Assembly: GCA_030639005.1 (NCBI GenBank)
Contig: DAOWDN010000165.1
Coordinates: 1-62,289 of the forward strand
Source of the DNA: Bacteroidia bacterium
Lineage (GTDB): Bacteria > Bacteroidota > Bacteroidia > Bacteroidales > GCA-2748055
Length of the DNA stretch: 62,289 bases
Direction: 5' to 3'
Positions 1-9,422 of the stretch are shown one piece after another. The notes beneath the pieces were generated by a model, which saw only the letters and a program-made list of their open reading frames with translations, ran no database searches and was not told the origin of the DNA. A program made the translations under genes and the position numbers. How positions within the stretch are numbered: the first letter of the stretch is position 1; each line of letters starts with the position of its first letter.

Positions 1-494
1 ATGGAAGCATACCATTTCCCACCACGCCTGGTTACCGTGATATTCTTTATGGTACCCGGGATATCACAACTCTTATGAAAACCTATCCAGCCAATCTTTG
101 GCAGGAAGATCCTGCGGTTATCAATCTTAAAGCCCTGCGGAAACCTTATGCCATCATTCAAGCCTCTCTTCTTAAACACAGGGGTTCGCTTCAAAGGCTG
201 ACTTTTGTCAAAGCAGTCTTTGAAGGCTCTTTCCAGATCCTTCAGCTTTTGCTGCAATACCTGTGATGGACACTCCTTCAAAAAACCGTACTCTTCGGAT
301 CGTTTCCAAACGGTGAGCCAGTATGCCAGTTCATTGTACCAGAGTATCGCTTGCTTCTTCTCTAACCGCTCCAAATTCATGGCCAGACATTTATTCCAGA
401 GAAAGCGTACCGAACCACAATACCTGGAGAGTTTTTCCTCAATATCCCTATTGGTCTTTAACCTTATTTTATATGCTTTTCGTATCTTTGGCAT
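1..494 (-). CDS. tnpB: RNA-guided endonuclease TnpB, 5' part only (runs off the window; absent from the ORF track)
   Basis: Hand translation from the ATG at 494 is open to position 1: MPKIRKAYKIRLKTNRDIEEKLSRYCGSVRFLWNKCL...FLKECPSQVLQQKLKDLERAFKDCF...PVFKKRG..GIRFPQGFKIDNRRIFLPKIGWIGF...IKNITVTRRGGKWYAS. These are typical OrfB HTH and wedge motifs. Confidence 0.92.
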   Translation of the reverse strand, partial: MPKIRKAYKIRLKTNRDIEEKLSRYCGSVRFLWNKCLAMNLERLEKKQAILWYNELAYWLTVWKRSEEYGFLKECPSQVLQQKLKDLERAFKDCFDKSQPLKRTPVFKKRGLNDGIRFPQGFKIDNRRIFLPKIGWIGFHKSCDIPGTIKNITVTRRGGKWYAS

Positions 495-516
495 TATACC
501 TTAATATACGAAATAT

Positions 517-918
517 ATGTATGATATACAAGAGTTACGAACTAAAAGACATGTCGTATATTCACTTCACCTGCATTTGGTCTTTGTAACCAAATACAGA
601 CAGAAAGTCTTTAATGAAAAGATGTACGAAAGACTGCATTTTCACTTTGAAAGGGTGTGTAATGACTTCGGCTGCAAGCTTGTTGAGATCAACGGGGAGA
701 GTGATCATGTACATCTATTGGTTGAACCTCTGCCACATACCACACCATCCAGACTTGTGAACAGCTTGAAAGGGGTTTCCTCCAGGTTTCTGAGACAGGA
801 ATTTCCGGAACTGGAGAAATATTATTGGAAGGGTGGCTTATGGTCCCCGAGTTATTTCGTCGCATCTTGTGGTGGAGCACCTCTTGATGTTATCAAAGAG
901 TATATTGAAAAACAGTAG
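517..918 (+). CDS. tnpA: IS200/IS605 Y1 transposase TnpA
   Basis: HLVFVTKYR, HUH motif DHVHLL, LKGVSS, LWSPSYF, catalytic YIEKQ. Confidence 0.96.
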   Translation: MYDIQELRTKRHVVYSLHLHLVFVTKYRQKVFNEKMYERLHFHFERVCNDFGCKLVEINGESDHVHLLVEPLPHTTPSRLVNSLKGVSSRFLRQEFPELEKYYWKGGLWSPSYFVASCGGAPLDVIKEYIEKQ

Positions 919-920
919 TT

Positions 921-965
921 TTGTGCTTATATCCAGTCCATAAAGCGAACTGGTTTTACGCACAA
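921..965 (-). repeat. IS left-end subterminal imperfect palindrome
   Basis: CCAGT (933-937) pairs with ACTGG (949-953); outer TTGTGC (921-926) pairs with GCACAA (960-965). Confidence 0.8.
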
Positions 966-1013
966 TATGATAAGATTTTGGCTGAACAATTTCTTTCTTT
1001 ACTTTTAACCAGA

Positions 1014-2969
1014 ATGATTGATCAGCAGACCATAAATCAAATCTTCGATACCGCTGATATTGTGGATGTGATATCTGATTTTGTAACCTTGAAAAAAAGC
1101 GGGGCCAACTTCAAGGGGCTGAGTCCGTTCTCCAACGAAAAAACTCCCTCTTTTATGGTCTCGCCCGCCAAAGGTATCTTCAAGGATTTCAGTTCGGGCA
1201 AGGGTGGAAATGTGGTCGGATTTCTCATGGAACATGAAAAACTCTCCTATCCTGAAGCACTCCGGTACCTGGCCAACAAGTACAACATCGCCATTGAAGA
1301 GAAGGAGCTGACCGCCGAAGAGATCCAGCAGAAAAATGAACGGGAAAGTCTGATGGCTGTTACTGCATACGCCACCGGTTATTTTGAGGTCCAGCTGCAG
1401 ACGGAAGAGGGAAAAGCTGTGGGTCACGGCTATTTCAGGAACCGGGGCTTCCGCGATGATATCTTGAAGAAATTTCAGCTCGGTTATAGTCCCGAAAAAC
1501 GCACTGCTTTCTCTGAGGAGGCAGGAAAAAACGGATACAAAAAGGACTACCTGGTAAAAACCGGACTCTCCATTGAGCGTGATCAATACATATTTGACAG
1601 GTTTGCCGGACGGGTCATATTCCCCATTCATTCCCTCTCTGGAAATGTGATTGGATTTGGTGGCCGTACACTAAAATCAGATAAGAACATTGCCAAATAC
1701 CTGAATTCGCCCGAATCGGATATCTACCATAAGAGTAGGGTGCTTTACGGTCTGTTCCAGGCAAAAAAATCGATTGTTTCGGCCGAACAATGCTTCCTGG
1801 TTGAAGGGTATACTGATGTCATTTCCATGCACCAGGCCGGAATTGAGAACGTGGTGGCCTCTTCGGGTACCGCGCTTACCACTGAACAGATTCGGCTGAT
1901 CAAGCGGTTTACGGAAAATATTACCATCCTGTATGATGGAGATGAAGCAGGCATCAAAGCCTCTTTCCGGGGAATCGATATGATTCTGGAAGAGGGTATG
2001 AATGTCAAGGTGGTGATGTTGCCCGCCGGGGAAGATCCTGATTCATATGCACAATCGCACAGCTCATCGGAATTCCTGGAATACATTCAATCCAGCGAAA
2101 AAGATTTTATCTCTTTCAAAACAGAGTTATTGCTGGCCGATGCCCAACACGATCCCATAAGGCGCGCTCAGCTGATCACCGATATCGTTAAGTCTGTGGC
2201 GGTTATTCCGGATGGTATTATGCGCAGTGTATTCCTTAAGGACAGCAGTCTCCTGCTTGGGGTAGAAGAGCAGGTTCTCTACAATGAGGTGAACAGGATC
2301 AGGCAGAGGAAACAGGAACAGCAGTGGCGCCGGGAGCAGTCGGGGCGCAATTTCAGACAGGATCATCCGGTTACTGCCATGCCCATACAACCCGTGGTCC
2401 CGGGATTTGTGGAAAATGTCTTTTCAGAAGTGGAGGAGCGGGAAATTATCTATTTTCTGCTCAAATTCGGCAACCAGCTTCTCCATATGAGCGGTGAAGA
2501 GCATACAGAAATCAGTGTGGCACATTACATCACCAGGGAGATCCAGAACGACGAACTGGAGTTCACCAATCTCATATACAAACAGATTTTTGAGGATGTA
2601 AAAAATCTCATTGAGCGCGGCGAAGAAGTAGCAGAACGCTATTTCGTATATCATGAACATGCTGGTGTGAGAGAGCTGGCGGTGGATATATTTACCTCAC
2701 GCTATGAATTGAGCAAAGTCTGGAAGCGGAAAGAGGCTTACGTTGAACTACCCGGTGAAAACCTTGGTTTTGAGGTTCCCAAAACGCTGCTATCTTATAA
2801 AATGATGGTGGTTGAGAAAGCCCTTTCCCAGCTTCGAGTCTCCCTTGAAAGCACTGAAAAAAGCAGCGATATTGAAGCTCTGAATCAGGTACTTATAAGG
2901 ATACAAAGCCTTGAAGGTATCAAGCGGGAACTCTCTGTTGGATTGGGGGGGCGGACCATCATCCGGTAA
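1014..2969 (+). CDS. dnaG: DNA primase
   Basis: N-terminal Zn-finger-like region (LSPFSNEKTPSF), KYLNSPES, TOPRIM VEGYTDV and YDGDEAG. Start moved to the ATG at 1014 (MIDQQTI) because the upstream extension is IS-end DNA. Confidence 0.97.
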   Translation: MIDQQTINQIFDTADIVDVISDFVTLKKSGANFKGLSPFSNEKTPSFMVSPAKGIFKDFSSGKGGNVVGFLMEHEKLSYPEALRYLANKYNIAIEEKELTAEEIQQKNERESLMAVTAYATGYFEVQLQTEEGKAVGHGYFRNRGFRDDILKKFQLGYSPEKRTAFSEEAGKNGYKKDYLVKTGLSIERDQYIFDRFAGRVIFPIHSLSGNVIGFGGRTLKSDKNIAKYLNSPESDIYHKSRVLYGLFQAKKSIVSAEQCFLVEGYTDVISMHQAGIENVVASSGTALTTEQIRLIKRFTENITILYDGDEAGIKASFRGIDMILEEGMNVKVVMLPAGEDPDSYAQSHSSSEFLEYIQSSEKDFISFKTELLLADAQHDPIRRAQLITDIVKSVAVIPDGIMRSVFLKDSSLLLGVEEQVLYNEVNRIRQRKQEQQWRREQSGRNFRQDHPVTAMPIQPVVPGFVENVFSEVEEREIIYFLLKFGNQLLHMSGEEHTEISVAHYITREIQNDELEFTNLIYKQIFEDVKNLIERGEEVAERYFVYHEHAGVRELAVDIFTSRYELSKVWKRKEAYVELPGENLGFEVPKTLLSYKMMVVEKALSQLRVSLESTEKSSDIEALNQVLIRIQSLEGIKRELSVGLGGRTIIR

Positions 2970-2976
2970 GAAGGTT

Positions 2977-3363
2977 TTACTTCTTGAGCTGTTGTCTCAG
3001 CTTTTCAATTCCCTTTAGGATTCCAGATTCAATGGTATGAAAATCAGCAATTTCTCTTTGGTGATACTGGATAACCAAATTTAATTTCAGATCCGACTGC
3101 AACAGCAAGTCGTACAGCACATGTTTATTCAGCCTGTATGCCTCCCTGATCCGCCGTTTCAACAGATTCCGGTCCACTGCTCTTTTAAACAAGCGTTTGG
3201 GTACAGAAACAGCCATAGCCACAGGATAAGGCCCCTCCCCCTCCTGGTTAAAGATAATCCTCAGCGGAGGAGCATAGATAATCCTGCCTGCATCAAACAG
3301 GGAAGAGATCGCTTTCCTGCTGGAAAGTCGTTCGCTTTTTGAAAATGAAAGCTTTTTTACGAT
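2977..3363 (-). CDS. rnpA: Ribonuclease P protein component (start codon uncertain)
   Basis: SVPKRLFKRAVDRNLLKRRIREAYR motif. The frame stays open upstream through SFSKSERLSSRKAISSLFDAG to an ATC at 3363. Confidence 0.88.
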   Translation of the reverse strand: MVKKLSFSKSERLSSRKAISSLFDAGRIIYAPPLRIIFNQEGEGPYPVAMAVSVPKRLFKRAVDRNLLKRRIREAYRLNKHVLYDLLLQSDLKLNLVIQYHQREIADFHTIESGILKGIEKLRQQLKK

Positions 3364-4118
3364 TTCCCGTTACTCTTGTTGTAATCCTTTATGTAGTTCT
3401 CCAGAGCCATGGTCATGGAGGGAGCGTGCGGTTGTGGTGCAGTGATATCCAGGCGCAACCCGGCTTCTTCCGCAGCTTTTGCTGTCTTGGTGCCGAAGGA
3501 GGCTATTTTGGTGTTGTTTTGTTTGAAATCGGGGAAGTTCTGGAAAAGGGATTTAATACCTGAAGGGCTATAAAACACCAGGATATCATAATTCACATCG
3601 GCCAGGTCAGAAAGATCGCTACATTCGGTCCTGTAGAGGACCGCCTTCGAAAATTCGAAGCTGTTGTTCTTCAATAGCTCAGGAATCTCCTCTTTATGGG
3701 CAGCTGACAAAGGAAGAAGGAATTTTTCATCCTTGTGCTTTCTCATGATCTCAACCAGGTTTGTAATTTTCCCATTGCCATAGAAGATCTTCCTTTTGCG
3801 ATAGACAATGTATTTTTGAAGGTAGTATGCAGTGGCTTCCGAGACACAAAAATACTTCATGGTATCGGGGATGCTGACTCGAGTCTCTTCGGCCATTCTA
3901 AAGTAATGGTCAATGGCTGTTTTGCTATTAAAAATAACCGCTGTATGAGAACCTATATCAACTTTTTCCTGCCTGAAATCTCTAGCCGTTACGCCCTCCA
4001 CATGGATGAAAGGCCTGAAGTCAACTTTTAAATTGTGTTTGCTGGCTAAATCAAAATAGGGTGATTTATTATTCTCAGGCTCAGGCTGAGATACAAGGAT
4101 TTTCCTTATTCTTCCCAT
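3357..4118 (-). CDS. Uroporphyrinogen-III synthase (HemD)-family protein
   Basis: IRKILVSQPEP..KSPYFDL..DFRPFIHVEG, YDILVFYSPSGIKSLF; the Bacteroidota HemD-like family; likely start at the ATG at 4118. Confidence 0.85.
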   Translation of the reverse strand: MGRIRKILVSQPEPENNKSPYFDLASKHNLKVDFRPFIHVEGVTARDFRQEKVDIGSHTAVIFNSKTAIDHYFRMAEETRVSIPDTMKYFCVSEATAYYLQKYIVYRKRKIFYGNGKITNLVEIMRKHKDEKFLLPLSAAHKEEIPELLKNNSFEFSKAVLYRTECSDLSDLADVNYDILVFYSPSGIKSLFQNFPDFKQNNTKIASFGTKTAKAAEEAGLRLDITAPQPHAPSMTMALENYIKDYNKSNGKS

Positions 4119-4144
4119 GGTAATATCCGCTTTAAATTCTCTTC

Positions 4145-4825
4145 TTAAAGGATACCTTCTAACCACCTGTATAATAATACAAGAGGTGCTATTTCAAGGG
4201 CACAAAGGTACAAAAACATATAGAATATTAAAACATCTTTTCTAAAAGAAAATACCACCCCCCTGATCAACCTCATCAGGAAGATGCAACAAACGGTGAA
4301 CAGGGTAAGCCAGAAAAACAGCTCCTGGAGCACTCCCCTGGTATAAACCAGCAGGAAGATCAGGGGCAGAATAGCCATTCCCGTCAGCTTATTAAATATG
4401 AATATGTTATAAAGATACTCCCTCAATATCCTGATGCGGTTGAACACAATTCCAGCGATATTAAGCAATAAAAGCCTTCCCAGAAAAATGCCGGTAAGCA
4501 ATGCAAGATTGAAAAGGAACAACAACCCGCCTTGCAAGCCATAAGGGGTAAGCTCAACCCTTAGTTCAACATAATAGAGCAAAAAGCCCAAGCTTAGAAA
4601 ATAGAATAGGTATAAGATTCTGTCCAATTGATTCTGTAACAGGCTGTTGTCTTTAAACATCCTGTTTGCTACCTGAAAGTTCACAGAGGCTTGAGCTGTT
4701 TGTGTGAGAATGCTGCTGTAGTACATCCTGATCCAGGCAAAGAATCCCAATAGAAGGAACAGGTAGATAAAATACCATGTGGGGTGATGAACTGTTGCTC
4801 TTAAAAGGATCTCCTGGCCCGGCAT
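4145..4825 (-). CDS. DUF4271-like multi-pass membrane protein
   Basis: Several TM segments and a C-terminal FYMFLYLCALEIAP. A TATCTTTG motif at ~4844-4851 (minus) argues for the ATG at 4825. Confidence 0.75.
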   Translation of the reverse strand: MPGQEILLRATVHHPTWYFIYLFLLLGFFAWIRMYYSSILTQTAQASVNFQVANRMFKDNSLLQNQLDRILYLFYFLSLGFLLYYVELRVELTPYGLQGGLLFLFNLALLTGIFLGRLLLLNIAGIVFNRIRILREYLYNIFIFNKLTGMAILPLIFLLVYTRGVLQELFFWLTLFTVCCIFLMRLIRGVVFSFRKDVLIFYMFLYLCALEIAPLVLLYRWLEGIL

Positions 4826-4938
4826 TTGCAGTAAATTTGCCCACAAAGATACTCATCACACTTTCTTAAAAAAAGTTAATATGTTGGGAAGTTCCGAATT
4901 CTTTGTAGTTCCTTTACACCATTAAAAACAGCATTGCC

Positions 4939-6633
4939 ATGAAACGAAAGAAACGCTTCATATACCTGGGGGGATTCCTTATTCTTCTTTTTAGTGTTGG
5001 ATTTTCAACTCTGGGAAACAAGGACCTCGAACTGGTAAAGAACCTGGATATCTACTTTACGCTGTTCCGGGAGCTCAATATGTTCTATGTGGACGAAACA
5101 GACCCTGAAGAGCTGATCACCACCAGCATTGAAGCCATGCTCTCCTCTTTGGATCCCTACACCACTTTTATCCCTGAATCGGATATGGATGAATTTCAAT
5201 TTCAGACCACGGGAGAATATGGTGGCATCGGATCGCTGATTCGCAGATCAGACAATTCCGTAATGATAGCTGAACCTTATGATGGCTTTCCAGCAGCGAA
5301 AGCGGGTATACGCGCAGGTGACCTGATCCTGAAAGTGGATGGGGTTTCCACAATGGAAATGGCCATTGAATCGGTCAGTGATAAGCTGAAGGGGAGTCCT
5401 GGTACCGAACTTACCCTGACCATAGAACGATACGGAGAGGAAGATCCATTGAAGTATACCCTGGTAAGGGAAAAGATCTCTATAAATAATGTCCCCTATT
5501 ATGGCAGGCTTGACCGAAGCACAGGATATATCCGCATATCAAATTTCACTACCGGTGCAAGTAAAGAAGTTGAAGATGCCTTTAAGTCTCTTAAGGAAGA
5601 TCATGAGCTTAAATCGGTAGTGCTGGATCTGAGGGCCAATCCGGGAGGCCTGCTTATCGAAGCGGTCAGGATATGTAATCTTTTTGTGAATAAAGGTGAG
5701 ATGATCGTCAGTACCAGGGGGAAAATGCAACAGTGGGATTCGGATTATTCCACTACACGCGAACCGGTGGATACTGAGATACCCCTTGTGGTAATGGTAA
5801 ACCGGGGATCTGCTTCTGCTTCTGAGATTGTTGCCGGGGCCCTCCAGGACCTGGACCGGGCCGTGGTAATCGGGCAGCGCACTTTCGGGAAAGGACTGGT
5901 GCAAACTTCCAGACCGCTAAAATACAATGCACATTTGAAAGTCACCACCGCAAAATACTATATCCCAAGCGGACGATGCATTCAGGCACTTGATTATTCC
6001 CACCGCAATGAGGATGGCAGTGTTGGATTCATCCCCGATTCATTGATATCAGAGTACACTACCAGAAATGGAAGGCTGGTGTATGATGGGGGTGGAATCC
6101 AGCCCGATTTCAAGGTGGTTCCGGAAATGCTTTCCGAAATATCTATACAACTATTTACTCAGAGTATGTTCTTTGATTTTGCTACCCGATACCGCAATAC
6201 AAATGATGAGATTGAATCACCTGAATCATTCTCATTATCAGATGAAGATTATGCTCTATTTAAAGCATTTATTGAAGAAAGTGATTTTGAATTCCTGACG
6301 GCCAGCGAAAAGGCATTTGCAAATCTGATGCTTACGGCTAAAAGAGAAAAATACTATGAACTGGCAGAAGAGGAGTTCTCCTCGTTGGAAGAGATGCTCG
6401 TCCATAACAACCTGAAAGATCTTGAGACCTTTAAAAAAGAGATCCGGCAGATCCTGCAGGAAGAGATTGTAAACCGTTACTATTTTCAGGCTGGTCGAAT
6501 TTTGGCCCAGATACAGGAGGATATTCAACTCGATAAAGCGCAAGAGATACTGAATGCACCAGGAGTGCTGAAAGAGGTACTTGACGGAAACCAGGGCGCA
6601 CTGGCCAGGGCCAATGCCAGTCAGGAATATTAA
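4939..6633 (+). CDS. S41 family C-terminal processing protease
   Basis: Signal peptide, LDPYT, PDZ domain, DLRANPGG, SASASEIVAGALQD, TFGKGLVQ. Confidence 0.95.
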   Translation: MKRKKRFIYLGGFLILLFSVGFSTLGNKDLELVKNLDIYFTLFRELNMFYVDETDPEELITTSIEAMLSSLDPYTTFIPESDMDEFQFQTTGEYGGIGSLIRRSDNSVMIAEPYDGFPAAKAGIRAGDLILKVDGVSTMEMAIESVSDKLKGSPGTELTLTIERYGEEDPLKYTLVREKISINNVPYYGRLDRSTGYIRISNFTTGASKEVEDAFKSLKEDHELKSVVLDLRANPGGLLIEAVRICNLFVNKGEMIVSTRGKMQQWDSDYSTTREPVDTEIPLVVMVNRGSASASEIVAGALQDLDRAVVIGQRTFGKGLVQTSRPLKYNAHLKVTTAKYYIPSGRCIQALDYSHRNEDGSVGFIPDSLISEYTTRNGRLVYDGGGIQPDFKVVPEMLSEISIQLFTQSMFFDFATRYRNTNDEIESPESFSLSDEDYALFKAFIEESDFEFLTASEKAFANLMLTAKREKYYELAEEEFSSLEEMLVHNNLKDLETFKKEIRQILQEEIVNRYYFQAGRILAQIQEDIQLDKAQEILNAPGVLKEVLDGNQGALARANASQEY

Positions 6634-9407
6634 TGTGCTTCCAGCCAGCTGGCCCCTTCTCCCCAATCCACGGTGAGGGGTACCGACAGAGAGGCCGCAT
6701 TCTCCATCTCTTTCATGGCTGTCTTCTTCACCCGCTCCAGTTCACCGGGTACTACATCAAAGTTTAATTCGTCATGTACCTGTAAAATCATGTGGGATTG
6801 AAGCTGTTCTCGGTCAATTGTATCCTGTATCCGGATCATGGCAATCTTTATAATATCTGCAGCCGATCCCTGAATGGGAGAATTGATGGCATTTCGCTCT
6901 GCATTTCCCCTTACCACTGAATTCCTGGAAAGAATATCGGGCAGGTACCTTCTCCGGCCAAACATGGTCTCCGCAAATCCATTCTCCCGAGCCATCCTGA
7001 TGGATGCATCCATAAACTCCCGGACTCCCGGATAGGTTTCAAAATAGCCATCTATCAATGCGTGTGCTTCACTTCTCGAAATTCTCATTCTCTGAGACAG
7101 TCCAAAGGCTGAGATTCCATAAATAATTCCAAAATTGGCGGTTTTGGCCATGCTTCTCATCTCTCTGCTAACAGCCCGGGGTTCAGTCTTATAAATTTTG
7201 GCAGCTGTGGCGGTATGTATGTCTTCCCCATTTACAAAAGCATCTATCATCTGGCTGTCACCACTTAAGTGAGCCATCAGCCTCAGTTCGATTTGAGAAT
7301 AGTCTGCAGAGAAGAATATGTTCTCTCTCTTTTCTGGTATGAACGCTCTTCTGATCTCGCGTCCACGCTCCTCCCTCACCGGTATGTTTTGCAAGTTGGG
7401 ATTTGTTGATGAGAGCCTTCCGGTGGTGACCAGTGCCTGATTGAAAGAGGTATGTATTTTACCGGTTCCCGGCTTCACCAGCTTTGGTAATGCACTCACA
7501 TAAGTGGTAAGAAGTTTTTTTAATGTTCTGAATTCCAGTACTTTATCAACAACAGGGTGCTTCTCTTTCAATTGTATCAGTACCTCTTCACCCGTGGCAT
7601 ACTGTTTTGTCTTTGTCTTCTTCGGGTCTGAAATAATTTTCAGCCTGTCGAAAAGTATTTCTCCCATTTGCCTGGGTGAATTTATATTAAATTCGGTCCC
7701 TGCCAGAGAAAAAATTTGCTGCTCTACCTCAATAATCTCCTCACGCAATTCTTTAGCAAAAATATCCAGAGCATCTACATCCAGTTTCACTCCCTGATGT
7801 TCCATTTTCATCAATACTGGAATCAGAGGCATCTCAATGTTTTCATACAAATCCCTGAATCCCTGCTGGTGAAGCTCCTTTTTAAATATTTCAGTCAGTT
7901 GCCAGGTTATGTCAGCGTCTTCTCCGGCGTATTCACAAGCTTTTTCTGGAGGAACAGACCTGAACGACGATTGACGTGCCCCTTTTGCCCCGATCAGCGA
8001 CTCGATTTTAACCATGGAATACTCCAGGTATTGTTCTGCCAGCACATTCAAATTATGTTTCTGCTCGGGTTTCAGAATAAAATGTGCAACCATCGTATCA
8101 AATAATCTTCCTTTAACATCTATATCATAGTTTTTTAAGATGTGAAGATCATACTTCAGGTTCTGTCCCGATTTCTCAATGCCGGGATCTAAAAAAGAGG
8201 CTTTAAGCAGACCGGTCCACTCTCTGATTTCTTCGGGGTCATCACCAAAGGCCACATAGACCGCCTGGTTTGTTTCCCAGCTGAATGCGATACCCACCAG
8301 TTCGGCTTCCAGCGGATCGAGCCCGGTGGTTTCTGTGTCAAAACAGAAAGCTTCCAGTCCAGACAACTCCTCTGCCAGCGCTTCTACTCCTTCCCGGCTA
8401 TTGATCAGCCGGTAATGATGCTTCACGGTATCGATGGAGTCCAGTGAAGATTCAGGATCGGGAATCCCCTCAACCGGGTAATCCCCGAACAGAGTGGCCT
8501 GTCCGCCGGCGGGTGAAGGTTTGGGAGGCTCTGGAGATCCAGCCAGTATACGTCCTGCTATGTTTTTGAATTCCAATTCATTAAACAGATTCTGCAGGGC
8601 GTTTCTGTTCATCTCTTTTCGCTTCAGGTCACTTGATGAAATATCTACAGGAACATTTAACGAAATGGTAGCCAGCTCTTTGGAAAGCATCACCTGCTCT
8701 TTAAAATCTATCAGGTTTTCCTTTTGTTTGCCTTTAAGCTGTTCAATATTCTCATAGACTCCTTCCACGGAGTGAAACTGGCCAATCAGCTTTTTAGCAG
8801 TTTTCTCACCGATTCCCGGAGCCCCGGGAATGTTATCCGACGAATCTCCCCATAGTGCCAGGATATCAATCACCTGCTCAGGATGTTCCACAAGGAACTT
8901 TTCACGTATTTCCGCAGGTCCGAGTACTTCCGGTGTTGCGCCACCCCGACCCGGTTTATACATAAATACCCGATCAGACACAAGCTGGGCAAAATCTTTA
9001 TCGGGAGTCATCATATATACAGTAAATCCTTCTTTATCAGCATTTTTGGCCATGGTACCAATAACATCGTCCGCCTCAAAACCCGCCACCTCTACTACCG
9101 GAATATTAAATCCTTCGATGAGTCTCTTAATATAGGGTACCGCAGTCTTTATGTCCTCAGGGGTGGCTTCCCGGTTAGCTTTATAAGAAGGAAACATCTC
9201 ATGCCGGAAGGTGGGCCCAGGGGGATCAAACACCACGGCTATATGGGTAGGATCTTCCTTTCGAAGGATCTCCTCCAGGGCCAGTGTAAAACCAAAGACT
9301 GTTGAAGTCGGCATCCCCTGAGAATTGGTCATGGGGTTTGAAATGAACGCATAATATGCCCTGAAAATAAGTGCATATGCATCCAGAAGGAATAGTTTCT
9401 TCTCCAC
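6630..9407 (-). CDS. polA: DNA polymerase I
   Basis: 5'-3' exonuclease (LLDAYALIFRAYYA, EADD), 3'-5' exonuclease (FDTETTG), polymerase motifs DYSQIELR, KTANFGIIYG, QVHDEL. Confidence 0.98.
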   Translation of the reverse strand: MEKKLFLLDAYALIFRAYYAFISNPMTNSQGMPTSTVFGFTLALEEILRKEDPTHIAVVFDPPGPTFRHEMFPSYKANREATPEDIKTAVPYIKRLIEGFNIPVVEVAGFEADDVIGTMAKNADKEGFTVYMMTPDKDFAQLVSDRVFMYKPGRGGATPEVLGPAEIREKFLVEHPEQVIDILALWGDSSDNIPGAPGIGEKTAKKLIGQFHSVEGVYENIEQLKGKQKENLIDFKEQVMLSKELATISLNVPVDISSSDLKRKEMNRNALQNLFNELEFKNIAGRILAGSPEPPKPSPAGGQATLFGDYPVEGIPDPESSLDSIDTVKHHYRLINSREGVEALAEELSGLEAFCFDTETTGLDPLEAELVGIAFSWETNQAVYVAFGDDPEEIREWTGLLKASFLDPGIEKSGQNLKYDLHILKNYDIDVKGRLFDTMVAHFILKPEQKHNLNVLAEQYLEYSMVKIESLIGAKGARQSSFRSVPPEKACEYAGEDADITWQLTEIFKKELHQQGFRDLYENIEMPLIPVLMKMEHQGVKLDVDALDIFAKELREEIIEVEQQIFSLAGTEFNINSPRQMGEILFDRLKIISDPKKTKTKQYATGEEVLIQLKEKHPVVDKVLEFRTLKKLLTTYVSALPKLVKPGTGKIHTSFNQALVTTGRLSSTNPNLQNIPVREERGREIRRAFIPEKRENIFFSADYSQIELRLMAHLSGDSQMIDAFVNGEDIHTATAAKIYKTEPRAVSREMRSMAKTANFGIIYGISAFGLSQRMRISRSEAHALIDGYFETYPGVREFMDASIRMARENGFAETMFGRRRYLPDILSRNSVVRGNAERNAINSPIQGSAADIIKIAMIRIQDTIDREQLQSHMILQVHDELNFDVVPGELERVKKTAMKEMENAASLSVPLTVDWGEGASWLEAH

Positions 9408-9422
9408 TATTAAAAATATTGT

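Larger units (their letters stand above)
1..969 (-). mobile_element. IS200/IS605-family insertion sequence (IS605-type, divergent tnpA/tnpB); left end at ~969, right end outside the window
   Basis: HUH/Y1 transposase at 517..918 and a divergent TnpB N-terminus at <1..494. Subterminal hairpin at 933..953. Putative TTAT target on the minus strand at 970..973. Confidence 0.9.

Noticed and set aside
75-589. Plus-strand ORFs 75..266, 205..504 and 323..589
   Set aside because: They are shadows of tnpB on the opposite strand and have no recognisable motifs.
921-1013. 31-aa N-terminal extension of DnaG (TTG at 921)
   Set aside because: It is largely IS left-end DNA that happens to be in frame; primase similarity begins at the ATG at 1014.
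3351-3357. A AAA AAG slippery heptamer at the hemD/rnpA junction
   Set aside because: It lies in the rnpA frame, at and after the upstream stop codon, so it cannot shift ribosomes from hemD into rnpA by the classical mechanism.
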